A DNA stretch of 64,000 nucleotides from a virus. The stretch lies in IMG/VR virus record IMGVR_UViG_3300037963_003542; one strand, given 5' to 3'. The translations under genes were made by a program, and so were the position numbers. Under the pieces are notes generated by a model. The model was not told where the DNA came from. It searched no databases and saw nothing but the letters and a program-made list of their open reading frames with translations. This document shows positions 30,051 to 37,375 of the stretch, in pieces (the first letter of the stretch is position 1; each line of letters starts with the position of its first letter).

Positions 30051-31294
30051 GAGTAGCAATTATAGGAAAAGGAATTAGTTCTATCATTCAAGCATGTACT
30101 ATTCTTGATTATAGGAGAAGGAGTAATGACGTAGAAGTCTCTATTTTTTACGATCCTAACATACCTCCAATTTCAGTTGGAGAATCTAGTACAAATCATT
30201 TTATCAACTTATTAAATGATACTCTTGGTATAACCCTAGAAGAATTATTTGAACAGGATATTGCAACCAAGAAACGAGGAGTAGTATTTTTAAATTGGGG
30301 CGAAGGAATCCCATTCATACATGGTTTCGGTGATGGCAATAAGTATCCCATTAATGGAGACTCTGGTTTATATGCTTTTCAATTTGATACAGTAGTATTA
30401 AATGAATATGTTACCCAAAAATTAAAAGATAAGGGAGTCAAATATATTCCAGAAAAAGTAGAGACTCAGACAGAGAAAGAAAACTGTATCGAACTTAATG
30501 GAAGAGAATTCGATTTTGTGATCAACTGCACTGGATGGAATTTTGATAAATCATTGAATGAAACTCCTAGATTCCATTCAGTAAATGCTGGATATTTATA
30601 TTCAGATGAAAGTTTCAACCTCACTGATGATATTGTTGCAACTGATCTCACCGTACATAATGCAACTGAAGATGGATGGGAATTCAACCTACCATTCCCA
30701 TGTAAGGGTGTTATGAAAAAAGGTTACTTATTCAATACTGATTATATCAGTCCAGAAGAAGTTACTGAAAAAATGAAATCTCGCGGCAAAGAAGGTAAAG
30801 TAATTACATGGCGTCCTAAAAGATCTAAACGTTTAATCGAATCTAAATTTACTTCTGCCAATGGTAATAGATTATTTTTTGTAGAACCTTTGCAGGCATA
30901 CTCTGTGGTTATGTACATTACTTTTGGATACATGACTGCTCATTATATTTTCTCAGATAAATCTGAGGAGACTCGAAATAAGTTCAATCTAGATTATAGA
31001 GCACATATGATATCATATGAGCAAGAGTTAGCTTGGCATTATCAGTATGGATCTATCTTCAAAGATAGTAAGTTCTGGCAGGATAAAACTAGAGAAGCAA
31101 AAGAAACATGCTATTTCCATCCAACTGCACGCATCGAAGATTTAGATTATCTTGTAGATACCAAAGCTGTGGCATCTAGAAGAAGTATGGTTAAAATTTT
31201 CATGCATAGTTTCAATGATTTGATCTATGTTCATAAGTGGATGAGAAACCTATGGGAGGAAAAAGATCGTCCTAAATTTACTTGGATGAAGTAA
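30047..31294 (+). CDS. Tryptophan halogenase-like flavoprotein with divergent motifs
   Basis: 415 aa; IIGKGISS Rossmann motif, SVGESS, ATKKRGVVFLNW, FVINCTG, GWEFNLP, FFVEPLQA follow the PrnA-family motif order. Confidence 0.75.
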   Translation: MRVAIIGKGISSIIQACTILDYRRRSNDVEVSIFYDPNIPPISVGESSTNHFINLLNDTLGITLEELFEQDIATKKRGVVFLNWGEGIPFIHGFGDGNKYPINGDSGLYAFQFDTVVLNEYVTQKLKDKGVKYIPEKVETQTEKENCIELNGREFDFVINCTGWNFDKSLNETPRFHSVNAGYLYSDESFNLTDDIVATDLTVHNATEDGWEFNLPFPCKGVMKKGYLFNTDYISPEEVTEKMKSRGKEGKVITWRPKRSKRLIESKFTSANGNRLFFVEPLQAYSVVMYITFGYMTAHYIFSDKSEETRNKFNLDYRAHMISYEQELAWHYQYGSIFKDSKFWQDKTREAKETCYFHPTARIEDLDYLVDTKAVASRRSMVKIFMHSFNDLIYVHKWMRNLWEEKDRPKFTWMK

Positions 31295-31298
31295 AGTA

Positions 31299-31330
31299 AT
31301 AAATACCTCTAGGAAACTAGGGGTATTTTT
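31299..31330 (+). terminator. Intrinsic terminator overlapped by a late promoter
   Basis: AAATACCTCTAG-gaaa-CTAGGGGTATTT plus T-run; ATAAATA at 31299-31305 overlaps the 5' arm. Confidence 0.8.
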
Positions 31331-31336
31331 TTATTC

Positions 31337-32131
31337 ATGGCACGACCCTCAACACGCCAGGAACTAATTGATTACTGCTTAAGGAAATTAGGTTTTCCCG
31401 TCCTAGAGATTAACGTAGATGATGATCAGATTGAGGATCTTGTGGATGATGCTATTCAATTCTTCCAAGAGCGTCATTTTGATGGAAGCATCAAAACATT
31501 TTTAAAATTAGAAGTTACCGAGCAGATGATTACTGACGCGAAAGCGAACAGTACAATTTCTGGTACGGATTTCAAGGAGCAGAACAATTATGTCACTGTT
31601 CCTGAGCATGTTCTCGGAATAACTCAGGTATATGCTTATGACAATAGTTCATCAGCAGTATCAGGAAACATCTTCAGTATGAAGTATCAGTTGTTCCTGA
31701 ACGATTTCTATAACTTCGGTTCAATGGAAATCCTGAACTATTATATGGTAAAGCAATATCTTGAGACTCTTGATTTTGTTATTGGTAACTTTAAACCAGT
31801 AAGATTTAATAAGAGAGAAAATAGATTATACATTGATACTGACTGGGATAATATTACACCTGGACAGCATTTAATTTTAGACTGTTACAGGATGATTGAT
31901 CCTGCTAACTCATCGGAAGTTTATAATGACAAATGGTTAAAGAGATATCTCACCGCTCTGATTAAGCGTCAGTGGGGACAGAACTTGATTAAGTTTAAGA
32001 ATGTAGCACTTCCTGGTGGAACAACTCTGAATGGCAGAGAGTTCTATGAGGATGCTCAACGTGAGATTCAAATGATCATGGATGACTTCAAGTTAGAATA
32101 CGAGTTACCACCACTAGACATGATCGGATAA
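31337..32131 (+). CDS. gp13: Neck protein gp13
   Basis: RQELIDYCLRKLGFPVLEINVDDDQ...QWGQNLIKF...LPGG. Confidence 0.95.
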   Translation: MARPSTRQELIDYCLRKLGFPVLEINVDDDQIEDLVDDAIQFFQERHFDGSIKTFLKLEVTEQMITDAKANSTISGTDFKEQNNYVTVPEHVLGITQVYAYDNSSSAVSGNIFSMKYQLFLNDFYNFGSMEILNYYMVKQYLETLDFVIGNFKPVRFNKRENRLYIDTDWDNITPGQHLILDCYRMIDPANSSEVYNDKWLKRYLTALIKRQWGQNLIKFKNVALPGGTTLNGREFYEDAQREIQMIMDDFKLEYELPPLDMIG

Positions 32132-32132
32132 G

Positions 32133-33281
32133 ATGAAGAATTTATACTTCACACAAGGAACAAAAGGTGAGCAAGGATTAGTCCAGGATCTTGTAGACGA
32201 ACAGATCAAAATGTATGGTCTGGAATGCTACTACATTCCTCGTCAAATCCATGAGGATAAATTGTGGAATGACATCTACTACTCACAGTTTAAGGATAGT
32301 TATCTCATTGAGATGTATCTTGAAAACTTTGAGCAGTTTGGTGGCAATGGAGACATGCTGTCTAAATTTGGTCTCCGTGTAACTGATGAGATTCAACTCA
32401 CAGTATCAAGAAGGAGATGGAAAGATTTTGTCGATGTTCAGACTAATAAAATTGTTAGTGGAAGACCCAATGATGGCGACCTCATTTGGTTCCCATTAAA
32501 TGAAACTGTATTTGAGATCAAGTATGTAGAGAACCAAAAACCTTTCTATCAATTAGGAAGTCTATATACATATACCATGACATGTGAAGTCTTTGAGTAT
32601 GGAGACAGTATCTTTGATACTGGTATTCCTGCTGTCGATAACACTGAAATGGAATCTGGAGTATATCCAATTATACTCAATACTGGTGGTTCTGGTTACT
32701 TCAAGCAGGACGAAAAAATCACTGGTACGAGATTCACTGCTACAGCAACAACACCTGTTGCTGATAATAACGGTGTTCTTGGTGCTATTACTATTACCAA
32801 TGGTGGTGGCAGATATGAAACTGCTCCAAATGCATTCTGGTATTCACCCACTGGAGCATTTATCGGAACCTCTACTACAGTGATTACCGATGGAGTAGTG
32901 TCTACAGTCAATTCTCCAACAACTCCATACATTTATGGAGATGTTACATATGACTCTCAAGGCAACATTGATACGATTACTCCATGGGCACCTACAATTA
33001 ACATTGAGAGTTCTCCTGGTGACGTTGTAGGCAAGGTTGCCGAATGGGATGAAAACACCAGAACTCTGAGTGTTGCATATGCCAATGGTACTTTTGAATT
33101 GAATGAAGAGATTGTCGGTGCAGACTCTAATGCTAGATGGTCTGTCGGATCTTTCGACACACTTGATATGACAGATTCGTTCTCGGAGAATAGACAACTT
33201 GAAGATGAAGCGGATGATATTCTCGACTTCACTGAAAAGAATCCATTCGGAGAATTTGGTAATTTTACAGGTAGCTTTTAA
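32133..33281 (+). CDS. gp14: Neck protein gp14 with internal beta-rich insertion
   Basis: EQGLVQDLVDEQIKMYG...GDMLSKFG...PFYQLG; C-terminal ILDFTEKNPFG. Confidence 0.93.
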   Translation: MKNLYFTQGTKGEQGLVQDLVDEQIKMYGLECYYIPRQIHEDKLWNDIYYSQFKDSYLIEMYLENFEQFGGNGDMLSKFGLRVTDEIQLTVSRRRWKDFVDVQTNKIVSGRPNDGDLIWFPLNETVFEIKYVENQKPFYQLGSLYTYTMTCEVFEYGDSIFDTGIPAVDNTEMESGVYPIILNTGGSGYFKQDEKITGTRFTATATTPVADNNGVLGAITITNGGGRYETAPNAFWYSPTGAFIGTSTTVITDGVVSTVNSPTTPYIYGDVTYDSQGNIDTITPWAPTINIESSPGDVVGKVAEWDENTRTLSVAYANGTFELNEEIVGADSNARWSVGSFDTLDMTDSFSENRQLEDEADDILDFTEKNPFGEFGNFTGSF

Positions 33282-34087
33282 TGTTAGGAAATTATTTTTA
33301 TCACAAAATTATTAGAAAGACTGTTACCACATTTGGTACACTTTTTAATAACATTCAACTAAAAACTTTGGATGCTAATGGCGGAAATGTTATGGAGCAG
33401 AAAGTTCCATTGGCATATGGTCCTATCCAAAAGTTTTTAGCAAGACTCAATCAATCACCCGATCTTGATAAGAAGGTGACAATTACTGTTCCTAGATTGT
33501 CATTTGAGATGACATCTATTCAGTATGACTCAGGCAGGAAAGTTCCTCCTATTAATAGGAATAGAGCAACAGGAGATGGTCAGACCACAACTACTAAAAC
33601 TCAATATCTTCCTGTACCATATAATATTGGGTTTGAATTAAATGTGATTGCGAAATCTCAGGACGATGCGTTGCAAATTCTTGAGCAAATTCTTCCATTC
33701 TTTCAACCACAGTTTAGTATGACTGTGGATCTTATTCCTGAAATGAATGAGAAACGTGATATTCCTATCATCTTAGAGAGCATTGATTTTACTGATGATT
33801 ATGAAGGAGACTATTCTACCAGAAGATACATTTATTATACACTGAGATTTTCAGTTAAGACTTACATGTATGGTCCTGTTGCTGCTAACGACATCATCAG
33901 GAAGTCTATCCTTGATACTAACATTGGTGATAGAAATACTAATGCTAGGGTTATGGAATATAATGTTCAACCCAAAGCATTGGAGGACAAGAACAACGAT
34001 GGCACTATCAATGCTGCTGACGATGCTCTGCTACAACCAGATGATGACTTCGGATTCAATGAGGGTATAACGTATCATGGACAATAA
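33281..34087 (+). CDS. gp15: Tail sheath stabilizer/completion protein gp15
   Basis: YFYHKIIRKTVTTFGTLFNNI...VPLAYGP...PRLSFE...PVPYNI. Confidence 0.95.
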   Translation: MLGNYFYHKIIRKTVTTFGTLFNNIQLKTLDANGGNVMEQKVPLAYGPIQKFLARLNQSPDLDKKVTITVPRLSFEMTSIQYDSGRKVPPINRNRATGDGQTTTTKTQYLPVPYNIGFELNVIAKSQDDALQILEQILPFFQPQFSMTVDLIPEMNEKRDIPIILESIDFTDDYEGDYSTRRYIYYTLRFSVKTYMYGPVAANDIIRKSILDTNIGDRNTNARVMEYNVQPKALEDKNNDGTINAADDALLQPDDDFGFNEGITYHGQ

Positions 34088-34493
34088 ATTTCAGAAGAAC
34101 ATGGAGGATGTTTTTGACATCACTCCTATGGATGAAGTAGAACAACCCAAACCTGAGAAGGTGGAAGTTGATGCTGCTGATGTAGAGACTGACTATAAGT
34201 ATGCTCGTGGAGAGTTGTATGAACTCATTCAGAAGGGTCAGGTTGCCATTGAGGAGTTGCTGGACGTTGCTAGGAGCAGTAACCACCCAAGAGCATATGA
34301 AGTCGCCTTTCAGGGCATTAAGAACGTCGCTGACATCACTGATAAGTTAGCAGACCTTCAGAAGAAAATGAAAGATTTGGGTCAAGAAGAAAAAAAAGGA
34401 CCATCTACTGTAAACAATACTATGTTTGTAGGTTCTACTGCTGATCTTGCTAAGATGCTTAAGCAAGCAAAAAACAATATGGAAGATAAATAA
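34077..34493 (+). CDS. gp16: Terminase small subunit gp16
   Basis: DYKYARGELY...HPRAYEV...NNTMFVGSTADL. Confidence 0.93.
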   Translation: MDNKFQKNMEDVFDITPMDEVEQPKPEKVEVDAADVETDYKYARGELYELIQKGQVAIEELLDVARSSNHPRAYEVAFQGIKNVADITDKLADLQKKMKDLGQEEKKGPSTVNNTMFVGSTADLAKMLKQAKNNMEDK

Positions 34494-34508
34494 CTAAAAA
34501 GTATACCA

Positions 34509-34769
34509 ATGATTATCAAACCTCTCTCTGTCGCAGAAGATATTCAGGCAGCTGCATTAGCTGATGCTACTGCTTTAGCAGGAACACTTCTTTGGGTAGT
34601 AAATACAAACGCCGCGGCTGCCAAAGTTACTGTTGCTAATGCCTCAGCAGTCACAGTTTACATTCCTGCTGGTGAAGGAATGGCAATCAGAAAAGATCCT
34701 GGTGCTGTAGTAGAAGCTAGTACTGCCAGTGGTTCTGTGTGGGCATCGGCAATTGCATACCAAAATTGA
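34509..34769 (+). CDS. Small hypothetical late protein
   Basis: 86 aa, Ala-rich; late promoter ATAAATA at 34486-34492. Confidence 0.75.
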   Translation: MIIKPLSVAEDIQAAALADATALAGTLLWVVNTNAAAAKVTVANASAVTVYIPAGEGMAIRKDPGAVVEASTASGSVWASAIAYQN

Positions 34770-34800
34770 ATAAATAAACTAGTAAACCCCCGTTGCTGGC

Positions 34801-35229
34801 ATGAAGTCATTTAAAGAATTTAGAGAGCTTTCAGAAGCGAAACGTGGACTTTATGCAAACATCCACGCTAAAAGAAAGCGTGGTGAATCTCCTGCTAAAC
34901 CAGGAGATGAGGATTATCCTGCAAAGGATGCCTTTAAGAAAGCGGCGCGGACTGCTAAAGAAGAACTTGAACTCACACAAGAAGGAGCAGCCTGGACAAA
35001 AAAGTCTGGTAAGTCCGCTAGCGGCGGACTTAATGCGAAGGGACGAAAATCTTACGAAAGAGAAAATCCTGGAAGCGACCTCAAAGCTCCAAGCAAGAAG
35101 GTTGGAAATCCCCGTCGCGCATCGTTTTGCGCTAGAATGAAGGGTATGAAGAAAAAGTTAACCTCTAAGAAAACTGCTAAAGACCCTGATTCTAGAATCA
35201 ACAAATCACTAAGAGCCTGGAACTGCTGA
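34801..35229 (+). CDS. Basic protein with DUF6321-like domain; putative internal head protein
   Basis: 142 aa, K/R-rich; N-terminus MKSFKEFRELSE; GGLNAKGRKSY...RRASFCARM...NKSLRAWNC; late promoter at 34770-34776. Confidence 0.75.
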   Translation: MKSFKEFRELSEAKRGLYANIHAKRKRGESPAKPGDEDYPAKDAFKKAARTAKEELELTQEGAAWTKKSGKSASGGLNAKGRKSYERENPGSDLKAPSKKVGNPRRASFCARMKGMKKKLTSKKTAKDPDSRINKSLRAWNC

Positions 35230-35232
35230 TAA

Positions 35233-36897
35233 ATGCCTGATAAAATTTACAAAGGTTCGCCCAATCTAAAAGCGGCGAATGTGGAAATGAGTTTCACACC
35301 TGAGCAAGTTCAGGAGTGGATTAAATGTGCTGATGATCCAGTCTACTTTACTAGAAATTATATCAAGATTGTTTCTCTGGACGAAGGTCTTGTTCCATTT
35401 AAAATGTGGGACTTTCAGGAGGACATGATTAACAGGTTCCATGCGAACCGATTTAACATTGCTAAACTGCCACGACAGACAGGTAAGTCCACTACGGTGG
35501 TATCTTACCTGTTACATTATGCTATCTTTAATGATAACGTAAACATTGGTATTCTAGCAAACAAACTTACTACATCCAGAGAACTCTTAGGCAGGTTACA
35601 ACTTGCCTATGAAAATCTTCCTAAGTGGATGCAGCAAGGTATTGTGTCATGGAATAAAGGATCTCTAGAACTTGAGAATGGATCTAAGATCATGGCAGCA
35701 TCTACCTCCAGTTCTGCTGTTCGAGGTATGTCATTCAACATCATTTTCTTGGACGAATTTGCATTCGTTCCAACTCATATTGCAGAACAGTTTTTCTCCT
35801 CTGTATATCCTACCATCTCCTCTGGTAAATCCACAAAGGTTATTATTATCTCAACGCCTAACGGCATGAATATGTTCTACAAGCTCTGGCATGATGCAGA
35901 GCGTGGTAAGAACGAATATAAAACTACTGAAGTTCATTGGTCACAGGTTCCTGGAAGGGATGCTAAGTGGAAAGAACAAACTATTGCGAACACCTCACAG
36001 AGACAGTTCACACAGGAATTTGAGTGTGAGTTCTTGGGATCTGTAGATACGTTAATTGCTGCGAGTAAATTGCGTACTATGGTGTATGATGACCCTATTA
36101 CCAATAATAACAAAGGTCTCGTAGTATATGAAAATCCCCAAAAAGAACATGATTATATTATTACTGTTGACGTTGCCCGTGGTGTGGGCAGTGATTATAG
36201 TGCGTTTCTGGTTTTTGACATTACAAAGTTCCCTTACAGGCTTGTAGCACGATACAGGAACAATGAGATCAAAGCGATCATGTTCCCTACAATTATTACT
36301 GATATTGCAAAAGGATATAATAGAGCATATGTTCTAACCGAAGTTAATGATATTGGAGATCAGGTAGCATCCATGATGCACTTTGATCTAGAGTATGATC
36401 ATATTCTTATGTGTGCCATGAGAGGGCGTGCTGGGCAGATCGTCGGCACAGGATTCTCTGGAAAGAAAACACAACTCGGTGTCAAGATGTCTAAGACCGT
36501 AAAGAAGGTTGGATGTTTAAACTTAAAAACTTTTATTGAGGATGACAAATTGGTCATCCCAGACTATGAGACTATCGCAGAACTTACGACGTTCATCTCC
36601 AAACGTGATTCGTTTGAGGCAGAGGAAGGATGTCATGATGACCTTGCGATGTGTCTCGTAATCTTCTGCTGGTTGGCAGTACAAGATTACTTTAAAGAAA
36701 TGACGGATAATGATGTCCGTCAAAGAATCTACGACGAGCAGAAGAATCAAATTGAACAGGACATGGCACCATTTGGTTTCATCTCCGATGGTCTAGAAGA
36801 TCAAGAAAGTTTTGTAGATGAGTCTGGAGATCGTTGGTTCTTGGATGAATATGGTGATGTAGCTTCAGAGTTCACTTACATGGGGTCTTATCTATAA
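35233..36897 (+). CDS. gp17: Terminase large subunit gp17
   Basis: PRQTGKST Walker A, IIFLDEFAF Walker B, TVDVARG and HDDLAM nuclease motifs. Confidence 0.98.
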   Translation: MPDKIYKGSPNLKAANVEMSFTPEQVQEWIKCADDPVYFTRNYIKIVSLDEGLVPFKMWDFQEDMINRFHANRFNIAKLPRQTGKSTTVVSYLLHYAIFNDNVNIGILANKLTTSRELLGRLQLAYENLPKWMQQGIVSWNKGSLELENGSKIMAASTSSSAVRGMSFNIIFLDEFAFVPTHIAEQFFSSVYPTISSGKSTKVIIISTPNGMNMFYKLWHDAERGKNEYKTTEVHWSQVPGRDAKWKEQTIANTSQRQFTQEFECEFLGSVDTLIAASKLRTMVYDDPITNNNKGLVVYENPQKEHDYIITVDVARGVGSDYSAFLVFDITKFPYRLVARYRNNEIKAIMFPTIITDIAKGYNRAYVLTEVNDIGDQVASMMHFDLEYDHILMCAMRGRAGQIVGTGFSGKKTQLGVKMSKTVKKVGCLNLKTFIEDDKLVIPDYETIAELTTFISKRDSFEAEEGCHDDLAMCLVIFCWLAVQDYFKEMTDNDVRQRIYDEQKNQIEQDMAPFGFISDGLEDQESFVDESGDRWFLDEYGDVASEFTYMGSYL

Positions 36898-37082
36898 TGT
36901 CTTCTAAAGAAGGTCACATATCTATTGAATTAGATATTAACGGTGTGAGAGTAATTCACACTGGTCTTAAACAAGCATGTGAAAAATGGGCAGGTGGTGA
37001 TGCTCATGAACAAGCAGATTTATTAGCAATGAGAGATAATTTCTATCGTCTCATTTTGGAACATCAAGTAAATGGATTTTGA
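36897..37082 (+). CDS. Small hypothetical protein (paralog of 55870..56067)
   Basis: 61 aa; TAATG overlap with gp17; ELDI...EKW.GGD..EQ..L...D.FYRLILE. Confidence 0.7.
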   Translation: MSSKEGHISIELDINGVRVIHTGLKQACEKWAGGDAHEQADLLAMRDNFYRLILEHQVNGF

Positions 37083-37296
37083 ACAGGAATTTGAATTAGA
37101 GCATTTACTCTTTAAACAGAGACGCTGCAGATCTTGTGGTGTCGTAAAAGATCTAGTGACAGATTTTTATAGAACTAGAAAGGGTAGAGCAACACCATCA
37201 GCTTATGCGTATGAGTGCAAAGAATGTACCGTAGATAGAGTTACGAAAAATAGAAAACGCAGTGACAGTCATAGTTGGTCATATCCAGACTGGTAG
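37072..37296 (+). CDS. Small Zn-finger protein
   Basis: 74 aa; CRSC...FY...YECKEC. Confidence 0.75.
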   Translation: MDFEQEFELEHLLFKQRRCRSCGVVKDLVTDFYRTRKGRATPSAYAYECKECTVDRVTKNRKRSDSHSWSYPDW

Positions 37297-37333
37297 TTCA
37301 TGCAGTGTTTCCCCTCTTAAAACATACGTTTTA

Positions 37334-37340
37334 ATAAATA
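37334..37340 (+). promoter_or_regulatory. T4-type late promoter of gp18
   Basis: ATAAATA. Confidence 0.75.
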
Positions 37341-37375
37341 ATCACAGAACAAATTTCTGAACTTTAGGGGTAAAC

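Noticed and set aside
37308-37374. Possible pairing of TTTCCCCT with the gp18 SD AGGGGTAAA across the late promoter
   Set aside because: Only 8 bp with a bulge and a ~50-nt loop; too weak without folding calculations or covariation.
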